Shown: positions 8,304-17,530 of the stretch, in pieces
Numbering within the stretch: position 1 is the stretch's first letter
Layout of the letters: every line of letters begins with the position of its first letter
Assembly (NCBI GenBank): GCA_039630085.1
Contig: JBCNVM010000005.1
Span: 36,587 to 100,586 of the forward strand
DNA from: Candidatus Caldarchaeales archaeon
GTDB lineage: Archaea > Thermoproteota > Nitrososphaeria_A > Caldarchaeales > Calditenuaceae
Length of the DNA stretch: 64,000 nt
Direction of reading: 5' to 3'
Translations under genes and position numbers: made by a program
Notes under the pieces: generated by a model
Told to the model about the DNA's origin: nothing
The model's database searches: none
Seen by the model: the letters and a program-made list of their open reading frames with translations, nothing else

Positions 8304-10004
8304 TCAGCCGTACCTGAAGGCGACCCCGTGCCCCCGCCTCTCGTGTCCGAAGTCCACGACGCCCTTCGGGCCTATCACGCCACAGGTCCCGCAGGCGACG
8401 CAGGCCACGTAGTCGAACCTCAGCCTCGCCCTCGCCACGTCCTCGAACGTCTCCCGTAGGGCCCTTGCCCTCGCGGCCTCCTCCGAGAGCCCCTCGGACC
8501 TGGCCCTGTTGAGGTTGAAGAGGTATAGGTCCCTGTAGGACGCGAAGACGCCCTTGTCGAGCAGGAGCGTGTAGCAGTTGACCGGGCAGGCCGGCACCCA
8601 CTGCTTCAGGGAGAAGGAGGACGCGGCGTCGATGTCGACCTTGATGTGGCTGTAGTGGTGGTCCTCGTCGTACTGGAGCATGCCCGTGAGCTCCTGGACC
8701 CTCTTGATCGCGTCCCTCGACCCGACCTGCGGGGCGTTGCTCGAAGCAGAGCTTACCCATTCGCCTCCGGTCGCGAGGAGCAGCCTCGGGCCGAGACCGT
8801 ACCCGATCCGGCCCTCGCTTATCGCGGAGTTCGTGGCGGACCTCCTGATGTCCCTCTGGATCGGCCTGAGGAGCTCCCGGTAGTGGGAGAGCGCCTCCTC
8901 GTCGAACCTGTTGGCCGAGAGGCACCTCAGCGCGACCTCGGCCGCCATTATCCCGGTCGCGATCGCCCTCCTCATGCCGTCGATGAGGCCCCCGATCTTG
9001 ACGAAGGCTCCCAGCGCGTCGCCGGTCACGAGGAACCCTGCCCTGTAGGGCCTCTCGAGGAACGTCTTGTGGCCCTTCGGTATGTTGTGGGCCGAGTACT
9101 CGACGAGTTCCGCTCCCTCGAGGTACTTGGAGACCGCGGGGTGGGCCTCGAACTCCTCCAGCAGGTCCATCGGCTTCCCGACGTTGACGGGGTCCTCCGC
9201 CGCTCGCTTCAGGTACGCTTCCAGCGAGACGACGATCCCGACGCTGAGGGTGTCCCTGTTGGTGTAGAGGAAGGCGCCCCCGCTGACGCCCCTCATGAAG
9301 GGCCCGATGAAGTAGATCGCCTTGCCCTCGCCCTGTCCGACCCCGAACCTCTCCTCGATCAGCTCGGGCTTGAGCTTGAAGACGTGCTTGACGCCGTGGT
9401 AGACCTGGTGCGGCTCGAGCTTCGGCCGGAGCCCCGCCTCGACCACGAGGTTCGAAGTGACGCCGGTCGCGTCGATCACCAGCTTCGACCTTAGTTCCTC
9501 GTCGCCGGTACTGACCCCGACGACCCTTCCGTCCTCGAAGATGAGGTGCTCCACGGTGGTGCAGGTGTTCACGACTCCCCCCGCCTCCTGGACCTTCGTC
9601 GCCATCCACCGGTCAATCCTCGCCCTCAGGACCGAGTAGGCCCTCTCGCCGGTGTAGTTGAAGCCCGTGATCCCGAGCTTCGTCAAGAAGGAGCGCTCGT
9701 CGACCCTCCTCACCTTGTACGACGCGGCGCCGTCGGTGCGCGTGGGCTCCGTGACGAAGAGGACCTCGTGCGAGACGATCCGCCTCTCAACCGGCCCTTT
9801 CTCGACGAAGTCCGGGAAGACGTCGAGCACGGTGTAGCCCGGGATGTAGTCGAGGTAGAGGACCCCGCCCGAGACGTTCTTGCTCCCAGCGAGGGGGCCG
9901 CGCTCCAAGAGAGCGACGTCGACCCCGTTCTGGACCAGCTTCATCGCGGCTGCACATCCGGCGGGCCCTGCACCTACCACTATGACGTCGAAGTCGTAGC
10001 CCAC
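8304..10004 (-). CDS. fixC: FixC-type ETF:quinone oxidoreductase fused to a FixX-like ferredoxin
   Basis: GAGPAG FAD motif, GSKNVSGG, GGAFLYTN, GDALG; C-terminal CPVNCY and CVACGTC. Confidence 0.88.
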   Translation of the reverse strand: MGYDFDVIVVGAGPAGCAAAMKLVQNGVDVALLERGPLAGSKNVSGGVLYLDYIPGYTVLDVFPDFVEKGPVERRIVSHEVLFVTEPTRTDGAASYKVRRVDERSFLTKLGITGFNYTGERAYSVLRARIDRWMATKVQEAGGVVNTCTTVEHLIFEDGRVVGVSTGDEELRSKLVIDATGVTSNLVVEAGLRPKLEPHQVYHGVKHVFKLKPELIEERFGVGQGEGKAIYFIGPFMRGVSGGAFLYTNRDTLSVGIVVSLEAYLKRAAEDPVNVGKPMDLLEEFEAHPAVSKYLEGAELVEYSAHNIPKGHKTFLERPYRAGFLVTGDALGAFVKIGGLIDGMRRAIATGIMAAEVALRCLSANRFDEEALSHYRELLRPIQRDIRRSATNSAISEGRIGYGLGPRLLLATGGEWVSSASSNAPQVGSRDAIKRVQELTGMLQYDEDHHYSHIKVDIDAASSFSLKQWVPACPVNCYTLLLDKGVFASYRDLYLFNLNRARSEGLSEEAARARALRETFEDVARARLRFDYVACVACGTCGVIGPKGVVDFGHERRGHGVAFRYG

Positions 10005-11123
10005 TTAGATCGACCTCAGCCCCTCGATCAGCTTTGGGAGGAACTCGTAGAGGTCCCCGACGACGCAGTAGTGCGCGATCTGGAAAATGGGGGCGTTGGG
10101 GTCCGTGTTGACCGCTACGATCTTCTTCGCCCTCTGCATGCCGACCCTGTGCTGGAGAGCTCCGCTTATCCCCAGGGCGATGTAGACGTCCGGCGCGACG
10201 GTCTTCCCTGTCTGTCCGACCTGCCTCTCCTTAGTTATCAGACCCTCGAGCTCCTTCAGCTGGGCGTAGATCAGGGCCCTGCTCGAGCCGATCTCGGCCT
10301 TAAGGCCCAGCTTCTCCCGTATCAGCGCCTTCAGCTCCTCCGCCATCCTGTACGCCTCCCTCGGGTCCCTCGGGTTCCCTGCGGCGTCCCTCAGTATCCC
10401 GAGCCCCAGGCTGATGACGACGTTCGCCTCCTCGAGCTTCACCTCGCTCTTGGGGAGGCGCTTTGTCTCGAGGACCTCGACCTGGAAGTCGTCCTCGTTG
10501 AACCGGGGCTCCCACCTGATCACCTCGCCGTCCCTGCCCTCGTCCCTCGGGAGGGGCGTGAAGTTCCCGGGCCTCACGCTGCTGATCTGGGGCCTGTGCT
10601 TCGGCGTGAAGATCTTCGCGACCCTCGTGGCGAAGTCGGGCCTCACCTGCGCGATGCAGTCCTTGTAGATGTACCGGCCAGTGGGTAGGTTCATGACGAA
10701 GTCCTCGACTATGAGGTCGATCACGTCCGCGGCGAGGCCCGTCCTCGTCCTGTAAGCTACCCTAGGTCCGAGGTCCTTCCCGATCTCGCTGGTGACGAAG
10801 AGCAGCGCCCACGGCTTCAGCTTCAGGACCATGTCGGAGAGCACGGTCGTGTACGGCAGGACCTGGTAGTCCTTGAGGCGGGGGTCGTCGCAGTAGATCA
10901 CCTTGTCTGCCCCGTAGTAAATCGGCTCCCTCACCAGGTCCCCGAGGTTGTAACCCATCAGGACGCAGACGACCTTCATCCCAACCTTCTCGGCGATCTT
11001 CCTCGCACCGGCTATGACCTCGGTCGTCGCCCTGGTGAGCTGGCCGTCCTCGTGCTCGCAGTAGACCCAGACGTCGGTGTACCCCTCTATCCTGATCTCA
11101 AAGCTTGGCAGCTGCGAGGACAC
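10005..11123 (-). CDS. fixB: Electron transfer flavoprotein alpha subunit
   Basis: QVGQTGKTVAP.VYIALGISGALQH..GM, AVNTDPNAPIF. Confidence 0.93.
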   Translation of the reverse strand: MSSQLPSFEIRIEGYTDVWVYCEHEDGQLTRATTEVIAGARKIAEKVGMKVVCVLMGYNLGDLVREPIYYGADKVIYCDDPRLKDYQVLPYTTVLSDMVLKLKPWALLFVTSEIGKDLGPRVAYRTRTGLAADVIDLIVEDFVMNLPTGRYIYKDCIAQVRPDFATRVAKIFTPKHRPQISSVRPGNFTPLPRDEGRDGEVIRWEPRFNEDDFQVEVLETKRLPKSEVKLEEANVVISLGLGILRDAAGNPRDPREAYRMAEELKALIREKLGLKAEIGSSRALIYAQLKELEGLITKERQVGQTGKTVAPDVYIALGISGALQHRVGMQRAKKIVAVNTDPNAPIFQIAHYCVVGDLYEFLPKLIEGLRSI

Positions 11124-12300
11124 CGCCGAACACCTCCGCTATCAGGTCCTTCAGTTCGAACGTCTTCACTAGGCCCTTAGCCTCGAGCTCCCTCACCAGC
11201 TCCTCGGGCAACCCCTCGACCTTCTGGAACCTCTCGAAAGGCCCGTAGGCCTTGCCGTTGAACTCGAGCCTCTCGACCCTCGCGGAGAAGACCTTCGTCA
11301 CGCCCAGGAACTTCTGCACGGGAATGCCGCCTATGTCGATCCCAGGACCGACGATGGTCGGGGACCCTGCCAGCCCTATCTGCGAGGGGTCGGCGCCGAT
11401 CGCGTCGGCGTTCCAGACGACCACCTCCGGCGACTTTTCCCTGTAGGAGAAGGACCTCGCCCTCTTCCTCCTCGAGACCGGCGGGACGTCGGGCCTGTAC
11501 TCGGGCGAGATCGTGATCACGCACGGCAGCGGCGACCTGACCCTCTGGACGTAGGAGCCGAGCTTCCGCTCAGCGATCAGCGTACCGCTCTCCGCGTCGA
11601 CCTCGAACCAAGAGACGTACGTGATGTCAGGTATCCTCTTGCCCAGCAGGTCCGAGAGCGCCTCTGCGGTCTGGGGTCCCGTGCTTCCAGTCTCGCCGTC
11701 GGAGGTCTTCAGACCCGCGACGATCAGGAACCTCTCCAGCTCGACCTTTACCCTCTCGAGCGCCTCGAGCGCCTCCTCCCTCGTCGCCTGACCCCTGGCG
11801 TAGCGCTGGATGACACCGAGCGGGACGCCCGGCTTGTCGGTGTAGAGGAGGTTCGGGATTAGGTTCTTCTCGTAAAGCTCCTTGGCCCTCTCGAGGACCC
11901 TCTCCGGGCTCTCGCCGGACTCGACCATCGACCTGAGCTCGTCGACCGCGCCCCTGTTCAGGTCAAGCACCCTCTTGATCCCCAGGGCCAGCGTGTAGGC
12001 GGTCGCCCATGTGTCGGCACCGGCCATCCTCCTGTCGCTCAGGATGACGCCCTCGTCGACTCCCTCGATCGGCTGCGCGTAAAGCTCCGAGACCAGCGGC
12101 TTCACCTTGAAGTCGGGGCCCATGCTGACCGCGACGAGCTTTCCCCCGTTGTACCTCTTCGCGTAGTCGGCGGCTTGGAGCGCCTTGAAGTCGAGCGGGT
12201 TGATCACCAGGTCCATCTCTTCCCTCCTCAGGACGCCGCCGACCGTGATGACTCTGGTCGTCCTGGCCGGCACCGCCTTGGTCATCAATATCACGATCAC
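11098..12300 (-). CDS. fixA: Electron transfer flavoprotein beta subunit (with insertion and C-terminal extension)
   Basis: INPLD, SMGP, LSDRRMAGADTWAT, DGETGSTGP, GLAGSPT. Confidence 0.9.
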   Translation of the reverse strand: MIVILMTKAVPARTTRVITVGGVLRREEMDLVINPLDFKALQAADYAKRYNGGKLVAVSMGPDFKVKPLVSELYAQPIEGVDEGVILSDRRMAGADTWATAYTLALGIKRVLDLNRGAVDELRSMVESGESPERVLERAKELYEKNLIPNLLYTDKPGVPLGVIQRYARGQATREEALEALERVKVELERFLIVAGLKTSDGETGSTGPQTAEALSDLLGKRIPDITYVSWFEVDAESGTLIAERKLGSYVQRVRSPLPCVITISPEYRPDVPPVSRRKRARSFSYREKSPEVVVWNADAIGADPSQIGLAGSPTIVGPGIDIGGIPVQKFLGVTKVFSARVERLEFNGKAYGPFERFQKVEGLPEELVRELEAKGLVKTFELKDLIAEVFGGVLAAAKL

Positions 12301-12396
12301 GATCTCTCCCGGGGAGTCTTCAACGACGCTCTTAATTTATACCCTCCGAGAATAAACGGAACTCGAAGACGGTCCGACGTCAAGAGGTCGCGTCCG

Positions 12397-13563
12397 TCAC
12401 CCTACCAGCGACTGGAGCCTCCTAAGGGCCTCGAGCTTCTCCCGGTCTCCTAGCCTCGCGGACTGAACCGCCTCTCGGAGGACCTCCGCGTTCCTGAGCA
12501 TCGCCCTCCTGTCGACCCAGTAGGGCCTTCCGCTCTTCGTCCCGTGGGCGTACGCAAACTTGACCGGGTCACGCCACGAGAGCTTAGTGCCGTAGACGAG
12601 CGCCGAGACGTACGCGAGCCCCCTGACCGTCGCGGGCCCCACTCCCTTCACCGTGAGGAGCTCTTCGAAGCTCTCGACGCCCTTCGCCCTCCTGATCGCG
12701 TCTTCGTCGAGCGACCTCGGCGGGAGGAGGTGCTTGGGGACCTCGGCTCCGGAGAAGGGTCCGGCCTCCCTGTCGAGGAGCCTCTGGCCCTTGAGGAGGG
12801 CCCTAGCCTGCGCGAGGTCCTCGTTGAGCCTCGTCACGGGGGTGTCCTTCAGCATCTCGACCACCGCGTCCCTCGTCTCCCTCGACTCGGGGCTGGTCAT
12901 GTCGAGCACCGCGGCCTCGCACCTCTCGGCGACGATCGAGGTGTGCGGCCTCTCGGCTGAGGCTCCCCTCTCCGAGGACCAGTGGTACCGCCTCGCGAGC
13001 CCGGCCTCGACGTTCATCCCCTGGTTGATCGCCGCCCAGCTTCCCTCCTCAGAGACTACCATCGCGTGGAAGTAGACGGCGTAGGAGTCCTGGAGGGCGG
13101 AGTCGTCGACGCTGCACGTCAGCCTCGAGACGACGGCCAGCTCGTCCCTGTCCCTGAGGCCCATCTCGCGGCCCAGCCTCTCGAGCTCGTAAGGAACCCA
13201 CCTCATCTCCTCGCCCTTCCCGCCGACCACCTTCACCGGCACGTCAGCGCCCCTGAGTCCCTCCTTGAGCGCCTTCAGCGTGACCGTCGTCTGGCCGCTG
13301 GTGTCCCACTCGAAACCCAAAACGCACGCGAGGGCGGTCAGCCACGCGGGGTCCGAGAACCTCCTCACCGTCTCCTCGGGCCCGTGCACCTCGACGAGGG
13401 CCCTGACTATCCCCCTCCCCAGCTCGACCATCTCCCTGAAGTGAGGCACCGGCCCCGAGACCAGCCAGAGCCTCGCCTCCCCTACCCTCCTCACCGGCAC
13501 TAATTCCGCCGCTCCGGATTTAGGATTTACCGGCCGGCTGAGCTGAAGGGCGTCCGTTCCCAT
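12397..13563 (-). CDS. DUF763 family protein (C-terminal HhH)
   Basis: R.SDP.W..A..CVLG.EW..SG.TT, GGKG, VD..A.QD.Y..Y.H, QGMN....ARRYHW, GVGP.TVR.L, AHG.K.GRPY.VD. The start may be further downstream. Confidence 0.8.
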   Translation of the reverse strand: MGTDALQLSRPVNPKSGAAELVPVRRVGEARLWLVSGPVPHFREMVELGRGIVRALVEVHGPEETVRRFSDPAWLTALACVLGFEWDTSGQTTVTLKALKEGLRGADVPVKVVGGKGEEMRWVPYELERLGREMGLRDRDELAVVSRLTCSVDDSALQDSYAVYFHAMVVSEEGSWAAINQGMNVEAGLARRYHWSSERGASAERPHTSIVAERCEAAVLDMTSPESRETRDAVVEMLKDTPVTRLNEDLAQARALLKGQRLLDREAGPFSGAEVPKHLLPPRSLDEDAIRRAKGVESFEELLTVKGVGPATVRGLAYVSALVYGTKLSWRDPVKFAYAHGTKSGRPYWVDRRAMLRNAEVLREAVQSARLGDREKLEALRRLQSLVG

Positions 13564-13603
13564 TGCGAAAAACGTTCAAATCCTCTGGCCGGTCTGTGGC
13601 AAC

Positions 13604-13930
13604 GTGGCCGAACCGAGGGGGCCCAGGCTCGTGGCCTTAGAGCTGCAGTCGCCCGAGGACCTCTTCAGGCTGGCCTCCCTCCTGCCGGCGCCGTTCGTCA
13701 ACTACTCGGCCGACGAGGGTGTCGTCTTCATACCCCTGGGCGGGCTGAGCAGGGCCGGGACCGTCTACTTCGCGAGGGTCGGCGGCGAGCTGAGGTCGAG
13801 GTTCGCGCACGTCAACAGGCTCAGGGGAACGGTGAGCTTCGGGGACGAGGCCTCCCTCGAGCCGAACGTGGTCAACGTCGAGATAATCAGGGTCAAGTCC
13901 CACAACGTCCCCATTCCGAGGTCAAAGTAG
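13604..13930 (+). CDS. Hypothetical protein
   Basis: 108-aa ORF with host codon usage filling the gap between two genes; no recognised motif. Confidence 0.6.
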   Translation: MAEPRGPRLVALELQSPEDLFRLASLLPAPFVNYSADEGVVFIPLGGLSRAGTVYFARVGGELRSRFAHVNRLRGTVSFGDEASLEPNVVNVEIIRVKSHNVPIPRSK

Positions 13931-14494
13931 GCCGCGCCTGCTGAACTTCCTCCTCTGGGCGTACTGGTCGAGGTACCTGTAGACCGCGCTGTGCGGAGAC
14001 CCCTGGACCAGCATCGTCACTGCCCTCACCGCGGCCTCGACGTCCTCCGGATGCCCCATTATCGCGACCCTGTCGCCCTGGATCGCGACGTCCACGTGCG
14101 CCGTCTCCTCGATGATCCTCTTCGTCTTCCCCTGCGCGCCTATCACCCTGCCCATCACCCTCCTGACGTCCCCGGGGTCCTTCCCGACGAACTCGGAGAC
14201 GTCCACCACCGCGAGGGCCACGTTGTCGCTGGCGAGCTTCATCGCGGCCTCGGGTTTGAAGCCGCTGGCTATCGCGGTCACCATGTCCCTCGCCTTGAAC
14301 AGAGCCACCGGGTCTCCTCCCTCGGACGGAGGCCTCGCGAGCCTGATCTCGACCCTGCCGTTGGGGCTGTCGACGTTCAGCAGCACGCCCAGCAGCTCCT
14401 CGATCTCCCTCTTCGTGGATCCCCCGGGCCCCATCAGGACGGCGACCCTCTCCGGGGGCACCGTGACGTAGAAGACCTGCTCGTGCCCCGCCAT
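13922..14494 (-). CDS. KH-domain rRNA-processing protein (Dim2/Pno1/Krr1 family)
   Basis: Two KH GxxG motifs (MGPGG, IGAQG), AI..GF.PE.A, GSPHSAVY.YL. Confidence 0.9.
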   Translation of the reverse strand: MAGHEQVFYVTVPPERVAVLMGPGGSTKREIEELLGVLLNVDSPNGRVEIRLARPPSEGGDPVALFKARDMVTAIASGFKPEAAMKLASDNVALAVVDVSEFVGKDPGDVRRVMGRVIGAQGKTKRIIEETAHVDVAIQGDRVAIMGHPEDVEAAVRAVTMLVQGSPHSAVYRYLDQYAQRRKFSRRGLL

Positions 14495-14588
14495 GGCTCC
14501 ACCGAATCCCCGCCGCCTCGGTATTCAAGCATTAGATCCGTGATCGCTCAGGCTGGCTGGAAAGGGAAAATACGCCCCAGGCGGTCCA

Positions 14589-15407
14589 GTGGAGGGGTCG
14601 GGCTTGCTCCCGCCGCTCGAGGGGTTCATGCTGAGGGCCTACGTCGCGGGCCTCATAGTCGCGGTGATCCTCCCGACGGTCGGGAACTTCGTGGTCCCAA
14701 AGAGGCTCTCGATGATCGGCGACACCGCGGCCCACGTGACGTTCGGAGCTCTGGCGGCCGCGGCCCTCCTCGAGGTCGCTTCCGTGGACGCCCTGCTCTA
14801 CGGCGTCACCGCGCTCTCGGTGCTCGGAGTCCTCTGGATGGTAAGGTCCCTCGGCTACTCGGGCGACACGGCCGCGGCGATTTTCTTGGCCCTTGGGGCC
14901 GCGACCGCCTCGATCGCCTACAGCCTCGGGTCGAGGCTCAGCGTTCAAGGCATCCTCTTTGGCTCGATCCTGCTGGTCGGGTGGGAGGAGATCGCGTCCG
15001 CGGCCGTCGTCCTCGGGGTGATCCTAGGAACCCTCGCGGTCCGTTACAGGGCTCTCCAACTCTACGTCCTCAGCGGCGAACTCGTCAGGCTGAGGGGGCA
15101 CAGGCCGGAGTACGTCGAGGCGCTGCTCGCGGTGTTAACCTCCATGGCCGTGGTGAGCTCGATCAGGCTCCTGGGAGTCCTAATGGTCACCGCGCTCACG
15201 ATCATCCCCGTCGCCGCTGCCTCGAGCGTCGCCACGTCGATGAAGAGGTGCATCGCGCTATCGGTCGCGATCGCCCAGGCGTCCGTCTTCTCCGGGGTCA
15301 CGCTCTCCTACTATGTCGGCTTCCCGCCGGGCGCGATGACTGTCCTCGCGGCGCTCGCGGCTCTGGTCGTGACCTCCTCCCTCTCGAGGGCCGGGGTGAG
15401 GGCCTGA
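14589..15407 (+). CDS. Metal (Zn/Mn) ABC transporter permease, ZnuB family
   Basis: G.FVV.KRLSMIGD..AH, LFGSIL, G.L.V.AL.IIP, PPGA; multiple TM segments. Confidence 0.88.
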   Translation: MEGSGLLPPLEGFMLRAYVAGLIVAVILPTVGNFVVPKRLSMIGDTAAHVTFGALAAAALLEVASVDALLYGVTALSVLGVLWMVRSLGYSGDTAAAIFLALGAATASIAYSLGSRLSVQGILFGSILLVGWEEIASAAVVLGVILGTLAVRYRALQLYVLSGELVRLRGHRPEYVEALLAVLTSMAVVSSIRLLGVLMVTALTIIPVAAASSVATSMKRCIALSVAIAQASVFSGVTLSYYVGFPPGAMTVLAALAALVVTSSLSRAGVRA

Positions 15408-15408
15408 G

Positions 15409-16620
15409 TTGACCCGCTTCCCGATCGCCGCAGCCCTCGCGTTAGCGGCCGCCCTCCTCTCGCCGCACCTCCAGCCCGCCCTCTCGTCCCCGTCTCTGGT
15501 CGTCTTGGTCCTGAACGCCGAGCACGTCGTTCACGAGCTCAGGGTAGTGATAGAGGGGCCGATGGGGACGCTCGCCTACGAGGGGAGGACATCGGTCACG
15601 CTCTCGGGGGTCATCAGGGGCGTCTACAGGATCTCGGTGTACTGGAGGTCCCACCTGATCGCCTCGAGGGCGGTCGCGGTAAACGTCGAGAACGTCGTCG
15701 AGACGATCGAGCTGCCGTTCTTCGACTTCGCGCTGAGGGTCGTAGACCTGAACGGCGCGGAGCTGCCTGGCCCCTTTGCGGTCAAAGTCGAACCTCCGGA
15801 CGCGCTCGGGGAGGTCAGGGTCGTCGGCGGCTCGATCCTCTTCAGGAACGCGCTGAGGACGCTCCACTACTCGGTGTCTGTCGAGTGGGAGAGCAGGGTC
15901 TACAACAGGAAGGCCCTCGGAGTAGGAGCGGGGTCGGGCGAGGACCTGAGCAGGAGGGGCGTCGTCGTTCTCCCCGTCGGCGACGTTAGGGTCACGGTGA
16001 TAGACCGGGGAGGCAAAGGGATCGGCGGGGCTGTCGTCAGGGCGATGGGCGTAAGCTCCGCGACCGACGATGGCGGCGCGGTTGTCCTCAGGAGGGTGCC
16101 GCTTGAGGGGCCGGAGGGGCCGAACAGCCTCCCGGTGACCGTGACCTACGAGGGCTACGAGGTCGCCAGCGAGGTCCTCCTGCTCAGGAGGGAGGTCAGG
16201 TCGTTCACCGTGACCGCGTCGGTCTACGAGTTGACCGTCTCCGTGCTCGGCGCGAACGGCCAACCGCTTCCGGGTGCTAAGGCATCGCTCGTCAGGGAAG
16301 GGTCCGAGGTCGGTACGGCTTTCGCGGACCTTGGAGGCGTCGCGAGGCTCAGCAGGGTCATTCCGGTCAAGCACTTCCTAAGGGTCGATTACAAGGGCCT
16401 CTCCGCGGTCAAGGAGCTCTCGCCAGAGGCGGTGAGGCGCGGGTCGGCCGAGGTGAGGCTCCCGGTGTACGTCGAGATCGGTGGCGTCCCGTTCACGTTC
16501 GAGCAGCTCGTCGGCCTCATCGTCGGCACGGCGGGCGCCGTCGCCTCGATCGTTATCGGGATAACCCTCCTCGTCAAGTCCAAGACCAGGAAGCTGCGGG
16601 TCGCGGGGCCTATCTGCTGA
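15409..16620 (+). CDS. Membrane-anchored secreted protein with repeated beta-sandwich (carboxypeptidase-regulatory-like) domains
   Basis: Signal peptide, repeated V.V.D..G..L.GA.V motifs, C-terminal TM followed by a basic tail. Confidence 0.7.
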   Translation: MTRFPIAAALALAAALLSPHLQPALSSPSLVVLVLNAEHVVHELRVVIEGPMGTLAYEGRTSVTLSGVIRGVYRISVYWRSHLIASRAVAVNVENVVETIELPFFDFALRVVDLNGAELPGPFAVKVEPPDALGEVRVVGGSILFRNALRTLHYSVSVEWESRVYNRKALGVGAGSGEDLSRRGVVVLPVGDVRVTVIDRGGKGIGGAVVRAMGVSSATDDGGAVVLRRVPLEGPEGPNSLPVTVTYEGYEVASEVLLLRREVRSFTVTASVYELTVSVLGANGQPLPGAKASLVREGSEVGTAFADLGGVARLSRVIPVKHFLRVDYKGLSAVKELSPEAVRRGSAEVRLPVYVEIGGVPFTFEQLVGLIVGTAGAVASIVIGITLLVKSKTRKLRVAGPIC

Positions 16621-17479
16621 CCGGGTGCCACTGCCTCGGGTAGCGCCAGTCGGAGCCGTGGGACCTGAACCCGACCCTGAAGACCTCGGGCATCATCCGC
16701 TTGTGCTGGCTCGACCTGACCATCCTCTCGACCCTCTCCACCAGCGAAACGTCCACCCCCAGCTCCTCCGCCACCTTCTGTGATTCCTTCCACATGTCGA
16801 ACCTGAGGTAGAGGATGCTGTCGAGGAGCTCGTAGCTCATCCCGATCTCGTCGGCCGCGAGGTGGTCCTTCCAGAGCCTAGGAGAGGGCGGCTTCGTCAG
16901 GACCCTCTCCGGTATTCCCATGTGCCTCCCGAGCTGCCTCACCTGCGTCTTGTAGAGGTCCGCGATGGGCATCACGTCGACCCCGGCGTCGCCGTACTTG
17001 GTGAAGTAACCGATCGTCAGCTCGGACTTGTCGCTGGTCCCGATGACGAGGCTGTCCGTGCTCGCGGCGACCGCGTGGAGGAAGACCATCCTCACCCTCG
17101 CGGCGACGTTGCCCTTGATGACCTTGTCAGCAACTCCCGCCCTCGCGGATATCTCCTCCACGACCGAGTCCACGTCGATGACCCTGTAGTTGGACTCTGG
17201 GATCGAGAGCTCCCTCACGACCGTCAGGGCGTCCTCCAGGTCCTCCTCCGGTGTGACCGAGGTCGGCAGTATTAGGCACCTCACCCTCTCCGGACCGAGC
17301 GCCCTCACCGCGAGGTACGCGGTCACCGTCGAGTCCAGTCCCCCGCTCAGCCCGATCACACCCCCGGACTTCCCGGCGTGGTCGAGGACGTACTGCCTCA
17401 GCCGCCTCGTGAGGTAGTCAGCGACGAACTCCGCGTCGATCTCGAGCTCCCTTATCGGGATCTGCCGCAAATCCCGCAC
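16610..17479 (-). CDS. nadE: NH3-dependent NAD+ synthetase
   Basis: GLSGGLDS, GNVAARVRM, GTSDKSE..IGYFTKYGD, KPPSP.LW, SQHKR. Confidence 0.95.
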   Translation of the reverse strand: MRDLRQIPIRELEIDAEFVADYLTRRLRQYVLDHAGKSGGVIGLSGGLDSTVTAYLAVRALGPERVRCLILPTSVTPEEDLEDALTVVRELSIPESNYRVIDVDSVVEEISARAGVADKVIKGNVAARVRMVFLHAVAASTDSLVIGTSDKSELTIGYFTKYGDAGVDVMPIADLYKTQVRQLGRHMGIPERVLTKPPSPRLWKDHLAADEIGMSYELLDSILYLRFDMWKESQKVAEELGVDVSLVERVERMVRSSQHKRMMPEVFRVGFRSHGSDWRYPRQWHPVSR

Positions 17480-17530
17480 GCTAAGGCCGGGCCCATCCTA
17501 AAAATCTAACCCGAGAGGCACTAGGGCACG

